Positions 1 through 10,636 of a stretch of 64,000 bases of DNA are shown piece by piece. The first letter of the stretch is position 1; each line of letters starts with the position of its first letter. The position numbers and the translations under genes are program-made. Origin of the DNA: an uncultured Planctomycetaceae bacterium (GTDB lineage Bacteria > Planctomycetota > Planctomycetia > Isosphaerales > Isosphaeraceae); contig CAWIAD010000002.1 in assembly GCA_963833985.1 (NCBI GenBank), positions 576,001 to 640,000 on the forward strand. Reading direction: 5' to 3'. Under the pieces are notes generated by a model. That model saw only the letters and a program-made list of their open reading frames with translations. It ran no database searches and was not told the DNA's origin.

Positions 1-1122
1 GAGGATGAGCTGCTGCTGCGCCTGGTCCGAGATCTCCTTCATGATCAGGAGGACGGAGGGGCGTGACATGTCGTTGCCCCATTCGCGATCGAACTGCTGC
101 CGTGCCTGGTTGATGCCCGCCATGAGCTTGTCGAAGTTCCCCTGGATGCCGTCCGTCCGCATCAAGATGTTCAGCTCGCGCGCCGCCATGTCCGCGTTCT
201 TCTTGAGCTCTGTATTCACCACGTAGGTGAGGGCCGCCTTCTCCGCGGGCTCCAGCTTCGGCAGGCTTGCACCCTTCTGTGCCGCGGCGTCGAGCTTTGC
301 CGACGCTTCGCCGACTTCTTGCTTCGCCCGCTCAAAGGTCTGGGGGTTCCGCATTCCTTTGTACCCCTGCGCCATCGCCATGAACGCCTGGGCCATCTCC
401 ACGATCGCTTCCTGGTGCTGCTCTACGAGAGTTAGCCGGTCAGGGGCGATATCGGGTGCATCGAGCTCCGGATCGCCCGCGCTGTGCGCCGCGGGATCGT
501 TGGGGCTCTCTGACGATGTGCCGACCAGTTGCACGCCCGCTTTCCAGGCTCGGGGAAAAAGACTCGAGAAGGTCCAGCCCAGGAGAATGAGCAAGCCGGC
601 AACGGCCACCATCTTGACGCGGTAGACCAGCCAGTTTTTCAACGCGGGCGCAGGGGTACTCGCATCGGGTTGTCGGTCCTCCGGCTGCGATTCGCGACGC
701 GACGCCGCGGTCGGCCCGGGAATCTCTTCGGAACCCGCGCCGGCTGTCACAGGGAGCGGCGGTTCGTCCTCGACCAGCGAGTACGCGCTCTCCTCTTCTT
801 CAACCGCGCACCAGGGCTCATCGTGCTCGGCCTGCGCCCGCTCACCGGTTCTACGTTCAGGAACCCGGAAAACCTCGCCGCACTGCTTGCAGCGAGCCTT
901 CTTGCCGGCGAGATTCGCGGCCAGGCGAAAGCCGTATCCGCACCGAGGACAGGGAAAGTTCAGCTCGGATTCCCCGCGCGTTGCGGACGTGTTCTCGGTC
1001 TGTGCGGCCGGAATCCGCATCACGGAGTCACATTCCTTGCACCTGGCCTTCTTGCCGGCCAGGTCGGCCTGAACCTGATAATTGCGACCGCAGCCGGGGC
1101 AAGCGAATGAGATCTCCGCCAT
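1..1122 (-). CDS. Double zinc-ribbon membrane protein, 3' end runs off the window
   Basis: Translated by hand; absent from the ORF track. MAEISFACPGCGRNYQV..KARCKEC and CPRCGYGFRL..KARCKQC, then an acidic/Pro linker, TM VAVAGLLILLGWTF and a helical C-terminal part. The frame is open to position 1. Confidence 0.8.
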   Translation of the reverse strand, partial: MAEISFACPGCGRNYQVQADLAGKKARCKECDSVMRIPAAQTENTSATRGESELNFPCPRCGYGFRLAANLAGKKARCKQCGEVFRVPERRTGERAQAEHDEPWCAVEEEESAYSLVEDEPPLPVTAGAGSEEIPGPTAASRRESQPEDRQPDASTPAPALKNWLVYRVKMVAVAGLLILLGWTFSSLFPRAWKAGVQLVGTSSESPNDPAAHSAGDPELDAPDIAPDRLTLVEQHQEAIVEMAQAFMAMAQGYKGMRNPQTFERAKQEVGEASAKLDAAAQKGASLPKLEPAEKAALTYVVNTELKKNADMAARELNILMRTDGIQGNFDKLMAGINQARQQFDREWGNDMSRPSVLLIMKEISDQAQQQLIL

Positions 1123-1390
1123 GGTTCAACCTGAGAGTCAAGAACGATGGATCTGCGGGATGCTTGCAGGCTGATCCTGCATCGAATCATCCCGTGATGG
1201 TCTTGAAGGATGATCTTTTCTGCCGGGGATCGATGGTGTCAAGAGCCTGACCGGCGGGCCGGAGAAGTTCTTTCATAACGGGTTTCTCGCCCATGAGACA
1301 CAAGCATTACGAGACAGGTCGGTCCAGCTCCTTCGATGGGATGGTCGGCCCCTTGAGCAAACGCATTCCCGGGCTGGAATCGTCTCTCGT

Positions 1391-1406
1391 GGGCACCTGG
1401 TTTGCG
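1391..1406 (+). promoter_or_regulatory. Putative sigma54 (-24/-12) promoter of the DUF2231 gene
   Basis: GGGCAC-CTGGT-TTGC, exact GG-N10-GC spacing, ~95 nt upstream of ATG 1501. Confidence 0.55.
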
Positions 1407-1500
1407 GCAGGAAGATAGTCAAGTGACCGGCTGACAAGGACTCCAGCGGCCGGCCCATTCGAGCCCAAGTTCATGAGCACTCTGATGCGAGGAACTTCTG

Positions 1501-2091
1501 ATGGATCCGCTGACTGGAACGATTGACAAGCTGGAAAAAGCCCTGGGACACAGCCCGCACCCGGCGGTCGTCACGCTGCCGATCGGGGCCTGGATGGTAA
1601 GCAACATCTCCGACGGACTGTCCGTACTTACTGGTGATGACGCGTACGAAGACACAGCAAGGGTCAGCATGGCCATTGGCCTTGTGGGCGCCGCGGGTGC
1701 GGCGATGACCGGCCTGCGTGACTATGGTTTCATCCCCCAGGACCGGCAGCCCAACCACGACGTCGCAACGACACACGGCCTGGGTAATGCGCTTGCCGGA
1801 ACCCTGTTCATCACCAGCTACGTGCTGCGCTCGAGAGAACATGCCGCCGGGTACCGTGCTGGTATGCTTTCACGCTTGCTCTCGCTTGCGGGTGGAACTC
1901 TTGCGATGTACACGGCCTGGCTTGGCGGCAAGCTCGTCGAGGAATACGGCGAGGCGGTCAAGCCGGTGATGAATCAGCCGAAGGCGGAGCCGAGACAGAT
2001 CGAAGCCGAGAATCAAGGCACGCAACATGAACGGGGCGAAAACGGATCACGCGGCCGTCGCCAGGGAAGCACGCAGCGCCGGGGCCGTTGA
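1501..2091 (+). CDS. DUF2231-family membrane protein
   Basis: HPAVVTLPIG motif, TGLRDY, THGLGN, AWLGGKLV; four hydrophobic segments. Confidence 0.8.
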   Translation: MDPLTGTIDKLEKALGHSPHPAVVTLPIGAWMVSNISDGLSVLTGDDAYEDTARVSMAIGLVGAAGAAMTGLRDYGFIPQDRQPNHDVATTHGLGNALAGTLFITSYVLRSREHAAGYRAGMLSRLLSLAGGTLAMYTAWLGGKLVEEYGEAVKPVMNQPKAEPRQIEAENQGTQHERGENGSRGRRQGSTQRRGR

Positions 2092-2114
2092 TCACCCGGT
2101 TCGAGTGTGCGGCC

Positions 2115-4079
2115 TCAGTGATCGCGGCCAATTGGTCCGCTCCGCCAGGGATGCTCGCGGCTGAATGGAACGGCCCGAACCGGGGTGACGCGCAGCCATG
2201 AGCGGTACGCCGTGCCATCAAACCCCGCGCTCGCGAAGTCGCACAGAGCAACCGCTCCGTGCTCTGTTGCGGCCCGCACCAGGACGATCGGCGGCTGGCC
2301 TCCGTTCCAGGAGGTCAGCGGCAAGCTCGGAGCGGACAGGTCAATCGTGTCCGGGTCGCTGCCCCGGCCCGGGTTGAACCGCGGATCATAAGTCAGCAGG
2401 ATCGGCCCCCGGTACAGTGAAGCGCGTCCGGCACATTGCTGTTCGCCAGCCCAGGCATGGAGTGTCAGGTCCAGCTCCAGCGCGATCAGATCGCCGGGCG
2501 TCCAGGCGCGGTTCAGATCGAGGTAAGTTCCCGGCTTCGCGCCTTCCTGGAGATCGCCGTTCAGCTTCACGATCGTACGCGTGGACCAGTGAGGAATGCG
2601 GAGCCGCAAGCGGAATGAACTCTTCTCCCCGGGCGAGACGCGGATCTTGACCAGGCCGGTCCTGGGATAATCGGTTTGGATCGCCAGTTCGACCGGCGCT
2701 CCCCGGGCAAGCCGCGCCTGGAGCCGGCCCGGCCCGTACCAGTTCAGAACCAGACCATCGTCCCGCGGTGTCCTCATCACGGCCCACTCGGAAAGCAGTC
2801 CCAGCCCCCGCGCAGCGTTCACGCTGCAACAGTTCAGCTCGGGAGAGCCAGGACGGCACTGAAAGCCAATCTCGTGAAAGTTCGCCTTGCGGTCTCCGTC
2901 CATCGGTGTGTTGTACGTGCTCCACCGGCCCGATGGCGAGAACAACCCGAGCCCTGAATTGAAGGTCGAAAGCTCCAGTTCGTCGGCCGCGATGGAATCC
3001 CCGGTGAGCCGCAGCATCTCGACGGTCATGGCCATCCAGGCGATCGTGCAGCAGGTCTCGATGGCTCCGGGATGGTAAGGATTGCCCTGAGCCTGCTCGC
3101 CCGAGGAAAACCCGCCGTTGTTGTGCCGGTCGAGCCGGGCGATGCTCCACCACAGATTCCTGAAGGCTTCGCCAGACCGTGAATCAGCGTCGATCCGGGA
3201 GAGCGCCGCCAGGGCAAGCACGGGGTGCAAGCTTTCCCAGCGCGGTTTGGGAAGGCGGTAGAACTCTTCGCCCGCGAGGCCACGACGCAGATAGTCTCCG
3301 GCCAAGGGCAGCCCCCGGTCGTCGGTGGCGGCAAACTCCCCCACGAGCTGGCGAGCGAGGTCAAGGTACCGCTTTTCACCGGTCTTGTCGTACAGCAGGC
3401 ACAGCCCGTGCGCAGGGGCGAGGTTCATCTCGGTCGAGCCGGTATCGACGAGTCGTGGCCGCTTCTCCCCCAGAAAGGTCGCGCACAATAGATCGCCGAT
3501 CTTGCGGGCAGCCGCCATTGCATTCGGGTCGCCCGTGGCGTCATGCCAGAGCAGCAACCCGAGCAGCACATGGTAATGTCCCCAGGCGTCCCAGGTGGCT
3601 CCGTTTTTTCCGCCGATGTTGGGTGCTGAGCCGGTCAGGTGGTGGCCCGCGGGAAATGGGCCCAGGTACCCATCGGGATCTTGCAATGAGACAAGCTCGG
3701 CGACGAAGTTCTGAAGCTGGGATCGCAACCTCGGGTCGCCGGACACGCGCAAGACCTGGGTCGCACCCGTCAAATACTTGCCGGCAAACTCGCCCGACCA
3801 GGGGAGCAGGTCGCGGTAAGGAGCCCGGTCACGATTGCTGAACATGGCCAGCAATGCCGGATTCGCCTCGGGCGCCGGCAGAAGCCAGTTGCGAGTCAGG
3901 GCATCGAGGTAGACTCGCACAGGGCCTTCGAGCGTCATGTGCACATCCCCCGCGGCCATCGGCACGACGGGCGCAGCAGGCTCTGCCGCGGCCAGCGGCG
4001 ACTGAACGCCTGCGAGCAAGGCAATGAGCGGGAGGCACTGCCAACCCTGTCCAGCGCGCAACGACCTGGTGAAAAACAT
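2115..4079 (-). CDS. Glycoside hydrolase family 127 (beta-L-arabinofuranosidase-like), secreted
   Basis: GEFAGKYL, QDPDGYLG, ETCCTIAW, NCCSVN, LRLRIPHW, RGPILL motifs; signal peptide from ATG 4079. Confidence 0.85.
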   Translation of the reverse strand: MFFTRSLRAGQGWQCLPLIALLAGVQSPLAAAEPAAPVVPMAAGDVHMTLEGPVRVYLDALTRNWLLPAPEANPALLAMFSNRDRAPYRDLLPWSGEFAGKYLTGATQVLRVSGDPRLRSQLQNFVAELVSLQDPDGYLGPFPAGHHLTGSAPNIGGKNGATWDAWGHYHVLLGLLLWHDATGDPNAMAAARKIGDLLCATFLGEKRPRLVDTGSTEMNLAPAHGLCLLYDKTGEKRYLDLARQLVGEFAATDDRGLPLAGDYLRRGLAGEEFYRLPKPRWESLHPVLALAALSRIDADSRSGEAFRNLWWSIARLDRHNNGGFSSGEQAQGNPYHPGAIETCCTIAWMAMTVEMLRLTGDSIAADELELSTFNSGLGLFSPSGRWSTYNTPMDGDRKANFHEIGFQCRPGSPELNCCSVNAARGLGLLSEWAVMRTPRDDGLVLNWYGPGRLQARLARGAPVELAIQTDYPRTGLVKIRVSPGEKSSFRLRLRIPHWSTRTIVKLNGDLQEGAKPGTYLDLNRAWTPGDLIALELDLTLHAWAGEQQCAGRASLYRGPILLTYDPRFNPGRGSDPDTIDLSAPSLPLTSWNGGQPPIVLVRAATEHGAVALCDFASAGFDGTAYRSWLRVTPVRAVPFSREHPWRSGPIGRDH

Positions 4080-4283
4080 ATATTCAATTCCTACTTGAGT
4101 GCATCTCACCGCACCGCGCGGCCGCACGGCCATCGAGTCACCGGCCGCAACTATAGGTCCGGATGAAAGCACATGCAACGATGCGGTCGGGGACTCGATC
4201 GGATACACTCAGAAGCCCAGGGTCATCACCGCAAGCAAGGTGCGGTCTTGTTCATAGGGCGCACCGGACGCGAGGAGACAACC

Positions 4284-7102
4284 TTGCTCGATCATCGAAA
4301 GATCCTGCTGGCGAAGGCCGCATTGTTCCTTCTGATCGTCACTGCGCCGGGACTGGTGCGGGCGGCCGACCGCCCCAACATCCTCTGGCTCATCGCCGAA
4401 GACTTCGGCAACCACCTTGGCTGCTGCGGCACACGCGAGGTCTTCACCCCGCATCTCGACCATCTGGCGGCCGAGGGTGTACGCTATTCCCGGTTCTACA
4501 CCACGGCCCCGGTCTGCTCTCCGAGCCGCTCGGCGTTCATGACCGGGATGTACCAGACGACCATCGGCTGCGCATCATCACCGCTCGCACCGCGACGACG
4601 GATACTGCCTGCCGGACGGGGTCCGGCTCTGGACCGAGTGGATCCGTGACGGAGGCTACTTCACGGCGAATGTTCGCGAGCTTCCTGCTGGGATTGGCTT
4701 CCGGGGCACGGCCAAGACAGACTGGAACTTCACTCCACCGAAGCAGCCCTTTGACTCCCAGCGCTGGACGGATTTGATGGCCCATCAACCGTTTGCTGCG
4801 CAGATCAACTTCCAGGAGACGCACCGGCCGTTTCGAGCCCCGCGGCGTGCCGACCCGGCGCGGGTGGAGATCCCCCCCTACGAGCCCGATCACCCCATCA
4901 CGCGGGCGGATCGCGCCGCGTATCTTGACGCGGCCAGCGAGCTGGACCGCAAGGTTGGGCTCGTCCTGAAACAGCTTGAACTCGACGGCCTGGCTGACTC
5001 CACCATCGTGGTCTTCCTCGGCGACAACGGCCAGGTGCACGTCCGGGGCAAGCAGTTCTGCTACGAGGAAGGGCTGAACGTCCCGCTCATCATCCGCTGG
5101 CCCAGCCGGTTTCCCGGGCCGGCGCAGTTCAAGCCGGGAACCGTGGACGACCGCCTGCTCATGGCAATTGACCTGGCGCCCACCATGCTTGCCCTGGCCG
5201 GTGTTCCCGTTCCACGGACGATGCAAGGCCAGGTCTTCCTGGGCGACGCGGCGAAGCCGCCCCGTGAATACGTCTTCGGCGCGCGCGATCGCTGCGACGA
5301 GACGCCGTTCCGGTTTCGCACGGTCCGGGACTATCGCTTTCGCTACATCCGCAACTTCACGCCGGACCGTCCCTTCCTCCAGGCCAACGCCTACAAGGAG
5401 AATTCGTACCCGGTCTGGAATCTGCTCAAGCAGCTTCACGCGCAGCGAGCATTGACGCCGGTCCAGGAAACGCTCTGTGCGCCGACGATGCCCGCCGAGG
5501 AGCTCTACGACCTGGGGCACGACCCGCACGAGATCGATAATCTGGCCGGCCGGCCCGAACACCAGCAGACGCTCCAGCGGCTGAGGCGCGTGCTGGAGAG
5601 GTGGATCGATGAGAGCCACGACCAGGGCCGCGTCCCCGAGCCGCCGGAGCTCGTTCTCAGCCTGGGCGTGACCCGGCCAGGCACTCCTCCGCTGAAGAAT
5701 TACGCCCTGCCCGAGCCGGCCCGGACCAACATCATCTTCATCCTCGCCGACGACCTGGGCTGGGCGGACCTGAGCTGCTATGGAAGCACCTTCTACGAGA
5801 CTCCCCATCTCGACCGCCTGGCCGCGCGGGGCGTTCGGTTCACGCAGGCCTACGCGGCCTGCCCGGTCTGCTCGCCTTCGCGCGCGGCTGCCCTCACCGG
5901 CAAGTATCCGGCACGCATCGGGCTGACGGATTTCATCGGGGGCAGCCGGCGCGGGAAGCTCAGACCCGCTCCCTACCTGCACCAGTTGCCGCTGGAAGAG
6001 TCCACCGTGGCCGTAGCTCTCTGCGCAGCCGGCTACGTGACGGGTTTCGTCGGAAAATGGCACCTCGGCGGCCAGGGCTTCGGACCGCTCGACCAGGGCT
6101 TCCTGTCGAACGTGGCCGGCTGCTCCGCGGGAGCGCCCAGCACTTACTTCAGTCCCTACGGGATCCCCACGCTGAGCGATGGTCCGAAGGGTGAGTACCT
6201 CACCGATCGGCTGGGAGCGGAGGCGGACCGGTTTCTCAGAGAGCATCGGGCCGAGCCGTTCCTGCTCTGGTATTGCCCCTACGCGGTGCATATACCATTG
6301 CAGGCGAAGCCGCAGCTTGTGGCCAGGTTCGAGACCAGGGCCAAGGAGATCAGGCACGACGGCCAACCGCGCTTCCGCCCGGAGGGAACGCACCGGGATC
6401 GACGGGTTCAGGATCATGCCGTTTACGCGGCGATGCTCGCGAGCCTGGACGAATCCGTGGGAGCCATCGTCAGGACGCTCGAGGAACTCGGGATCGCCGA
6501 CAGGACGCTCATCGTCTTCACCTCCGACAACGGTGGGCTCTCCACGGCCGAAGGGCTGCCCACATCGAACGCGCCGCTGCGCCGGTAAGGGCTGGTTGTA
6601 TGAAGGCGGTATTCGCGTTCCCCTGATCATCAAGGGCCCTGGCGTACAACGTCCTGGACAAACCTGCGACGTACCTGTCGTGACGACGGACCTGGCGGCG
6701 ACCATGGTCGACACCGCGGGACTCCCGGGAGGCTCCATCAGCGCGTCCGACGGCGTGAGCCTCGCTTCATTGCTCGCGGGAAGTGGCGAGCCTGCCCGCG
6801 AATCCGTCTTCTGGCACTATCCCCACTACAGCAACCAGGGAGGCCTGCCGGGAGGTGCCATCCGCCAGGGCGACTGGAAGCTCATCGAGTTTTACGAGGA
6901 CAACCGGATCGAGCTCTACAACCTCGCGCAAGACCCAGGCGAGCGGAGCGACCTGGCCGCGCGCGAGCCGGCGATTGCGAACAAGCTGCGCCAGCGGCTG
7001 CGTTCCTGGCGCACGGCCATGAAGGCCAAGATGCCGGCGCCTGACCCCGCACCCCGCGAAAAGGCCGCCGGGCCACAGCCTCAGCCCGGCACGAAGCAAT
7101 AG
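4284..7102 (+). CDS. Secreted tandem double sulfatase (two S1 domains); frameshifts at ~4568 and ~6582
   Basis: GAGGAG RBS before TTG 4284. Domain 1: RPNILWLIAED..CSPSRSAFMTG. Domain 2: RTNIIFILADDLG..CSPSRAAALTG..GKWHLG..SDNGG..GKGWLYEGGIRVP. Joined from ORFs 4173, 4774 and 6179. Confidence 0.85.
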
Positions 7103-7104
7103 CT

Positions 7105-8163
7105 TCAGTTTTCCCGGACCGCTGCCTCGGCCGGCACGATCTGGAGCGCCAGGATCTCGGGCCTGCGCAGGACCCGCACGGGAACCTTCAAGCCCACGCG
7201 CTCCTCGGTGAGCAAGCGGTGCAGGTCGTCGATGCCGCTCACCGCATGGCCGTCGAGCCCCAGGATCACGTCGCCCTCTTCCAGCCCCGCCCGCTCGGCC
7301 GGTCCGCCGGGATCGAGTCCCACCACCAGCACGCCACCGCGTTGCTCGGACCCCTTGCGATCGGCCAGTCCCGCGGGCAGGGGAACCGTCTGCACGGCGA
7401 TGCCGATGCGCGCCCGCTTCACGCGGCCGTCCCGGATCAGCCGGCCGGCGACGAACTTGGCCGTGTTGATCGCGATCGCGAAGCAGATTCCCTGGGCCGG
7501 CAAGATCATGGCCGTGTTCACGCCGATGACGTGACCCCGCGAATCGACGAGTGGACCGCCCGAGTTGCCGGGATTCAAAGCCGCGTCGGTCTGGAGCACG
7601 TCATCGATGAGCCGCCCCGAACCGGCGCGGAGCGATCGGCCGAGGGCACTGACGACCCCGGCGGTCACCGAACTCTGGAACCCGTACGGATGGCCGATCG
7701 CCAGCGCGATCTGTCCCACGCGTACCTTCTTGGAATCTCCGAGTGCGGCCGGGACAAGGTCGTTCGCGTGCACCCGGATCACGGCCAGGTCGGTCTCGGG
7801 GTCGTCACCGATCAGGCTTGCCTGATGCTCGCTGGCGTCGGCCAGCGTGACTTCAAGCCGGTCGGCCCCGTGCACGACGTGGCTGTTGGTCAGGATGTAA
7901 CCGCTGGACGTGAACACGAACCCCGACCCGGTCCCGCGGTTCGAGCGGCCGCGGCCCGAATGCGCGTAGTGGGCCTCGATGTGAACCACCGACGGCCCCA
8001 CGCGCTCCGCGGCGCCCACGACGGCCTGCGAATAGGCGTCGAGCAACTCCACATCGTCTCGATCACCCGCCACAGCGGCACTGACCGCCCGGCGAGTTTC
8101 AACCTGCCGATCACTGGCCGGCTCGGTCCAGACTTCGTCCCAATCGATTGTGCTTGCGACCAT
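7105..8163 (-). CDS. HtrA/Deg-type trypsin-like serine protease with one PDZ domain; no evident signal peptide
   Basis: GSGFV, LTNSHVV, DLAV, TDAALNPGNSGGPL catalytic motifs; C-terminal PDZ (GPAERAGLEEGDVI). Confidence 0.92.
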   Translation of the reverse strand: MVASTIDWDEVWTEPASDRQVETRRAVSAAVAGDRDDVELLDAYSQAVVGAAERVGPSVVHIEAHYAHSGRGRSNRGTGSGFVFTSSGYILTNSHVVHGADRLEVTLADASEHQASLIGDDPETDLAVIRVHANDLVPAALGDSKKVRVGQIALAIGHPYGFQSSVTAGVVSALGRSLRAGSGRLIDDVLQTDAALNPGNSGGPLVDSRGHVIGVNTAMILPAQGICFAIAINTAKFVAGRLIRDGRVKRARIGIAVQTVPLPAGLADRKGSEQRGGVLVVGLDPGGPAERAGLEEGDVILGLDGHAVSGIDDLHRLLTEERVGLKVPVRVLRRPEILALQIVPAEAAVREN

Positions 8164-8276
8164 GACATGGTTCCTCGACAGCTACGTCTCCCGTCGAGGA
8201 AGTGTATGCGCCCCGGGAAGGGAAAGGCAAATCGGCAGAGCCATGTGCGGCGCCAATCACCGGTCTTCGGGACCAA

Positions 8277-10536
8277 TTACTTTGACTTCACCGTCTCCGC
8301 GTGTTCTTGCCGGTTCATACCCCGGCGGACCAGAAGGAGCGGGTCGATCGCAACCTGATCGAAGGAATCGAGGCCCCGCTTGACCTCGATGGCCGGACCG
8401 CTTGCCTCCCCGAGCACGACCTCGCGCCACTCGAACCCGCCCTCGGGCTTCTTCACGGCGACATGGTCCTTGCCCCCCGTCCGCAGCACGGCGGAGGCTG
8501 GAACGGTCAGGCTATCATCGCGCTCTGTGATCGAGATCAGGGCCTTCGCGGTCATTCCCGGGCGAATCGCTCGATCGCCCTTGTCCAACCTGATCTTGGC
8601 CGTGAAAACACTCTGGGTGGACCCCATTCGCTGCGGATCGGGAAGCGGAGAGACCTCGGTGACCGTGCCCGTGTAGCTCAGACCCGGGAACGTGTCGACC
8701 TGAACGTGGGCCTTCTGGCCCGTCCGGATGCGCGCAACCTGTGACTCGGGGACCTTGGCGTCTAGCTGGAGCGGTGCAGAGAAATCGACGATCCTGAAGA
8801 CAACCTGGCGTGGGCGGACGGTTGCGCCCTCTCGAACGGTGGGCTGAAGGGGACGGGCTGGATCATTGGCATATTGAACAACTCCGTCGACGGGAGCGAA
8901 GAGCTTGCAATCGTTGATTTGTTGTACGAGGCTGGCCTGCTTCTCGTTCTCGAGCTGGAGCGTCGCCTGCCCGGCCAGTTCGCTGGAGCGGGCCTTCTCA
9001 AGCTCGGACTTGAGCCTCCTTGACCGTTTTGGGCTTCGTGTAGTCGGTGAGCACCCTGAGCTTCGCCTGTGCAGCCTCGAGGACGAAACGCTCGCGGCTC
9101 AGGACCAGGTTCACGGCGCTGATCCGGTCCTCCAGGTCCAGCTCGGAAATGATGTCGGAAGATTGCCGGATTCCCGTACGGCCGAGCATCTCTTTCAACT
9201 TCTGCTGTGCTTTCCTCGTACGTTCCAGCCTGGATTCCGTCTGCCTGATTTCCTCCTGTGCCCCCTTGATCTCGCCCTGGATCGCTTGGCACTCCTGCGG
9301 ATAGATACCCTCCTCATATTCCTTTACAGCAATCTCGGCGACTTCACGAGTGAGCCTGGCGTTCTCGTAGGCGGTCCGAGATGACTGGGTCGCCAACCTC
9401 TGTTTGACAAGGGTGTCACGGAGCGACGCCGAGTCCAGCTCGCAGACCAGATCCCCCTTCTTCACCCTCGTGCCCTCGGGCACGATCGAGACGATGGACG
9501 CCCAGCTCTCCAGGCGGCTGAAAACATCCTTGCGCTGGGAAGACTCGAGCGTGCCCTGTTCGACCGCGACCTGAACCTGGCCAATCTTGACCCTGGCAAC
9601 AGGAATGTCACCTTCAGGACTGGCAGCCGTGACCTTGCCAACGTCCTGGGGGCGGGCCGCACCGGACACCACTCCATTTCCAGCAGCAAGCAGGCCAGCG
9701 CTCGAGGCCGTCGCGCCGGCCACCAGCACCAGCGACGCGGCTTTCCACCAACGGTTCATGGACATGGCTGTAAGAACTCCCTGGGCAAGGATGGCGGCGG
9801 AGCCTTCGAGGACGGTTCGAGCTGCGGCAAACCGGACCGCAGAGCGGACCGTGGATTGCACGAGGCCGGCCGGAAGCAGAGACTCCATGCTGGCTGACCG
9901 CAAGAAAGGAACCACGCTGGCGCCGGGAGCCATCCCGCGACGGATTAGCCGATCCCGCAGCCGCTCGCGCGCTCGCGTCAGCCGGCTCTTGACAGTTCCG
10001 ACTGGCCAGCCCAGGTGCCCCGCCGCCTGCTCGTGAGTGCGGCCTTCCAGGTCACAGAGGATGACCGACATCCGGAACCGATCCGGCAGCCGGTCGATTT
10101 CTTCGTGGAGCACGTGCGCCAGGTCGTCGTGGCGATCGCCATCGCGAGAGTCAACCGAAATTGCAATCAAACGCTCGTGCTTGTGCCGCCGGGCGCGGGC
10201 CGAGCGCGCGGCCGAGGCCGTGCGCAGGGCCACCTGATGGAGCCAGGGGCCCAATGAATCGGTCACCCAGAGCGAGCGGGCCTTCTTCACCAGCACCAGG
10301 AAGGTTCCCTGGAAGGCGTCTTCAACATCGCTATGGTTGCCGAGCACGCTCGTGCAAACCCTCAGGACCATCGGTCCATGGCGCTCGACCAGACTGGCGA
10401 ACGCCTGCTCGGCATGGTCCCCGGACCGGGTGCAGAACCGCTCCAGGAGCTGCCCGTCGGTGAGCTCCGCCGCCGTTCCCAGCTCCAGCAATGTGCCGAG
10501 CTGGCGCAAGACGCATTCATTCTGTCCCGTCGCCAC
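8277..10536 (-). CDS. Planctomycete ECF sigma factor fused through a TM helix to an RND/HlyD periplasmic adaptor; frameshift at ~9016
   Basis: LTDGQLLERF..AFASLVERHGPMV..DVEDAFQ (sigma2), LPDRFR..GTVKSRL (sigma4), TM AASLVLVAGATASSAGLLA. Adaptor motifs VPEGTRVKKGDLV, LFAPVDGVV, VPESQVARIRTGQ, IRPGMTA, LTVPASAV. Confidence 0.85.
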
Positions 10537-10636
10537 AGCTTGATCTCCCGGCCGGCCGTATCGGAAATCCACGTGTAATGTCGCGGCGCGGCGAGATGGT
10601 TCCAGGTTTTCCGGGAAAAAAATGTCGTCAGCCGCA

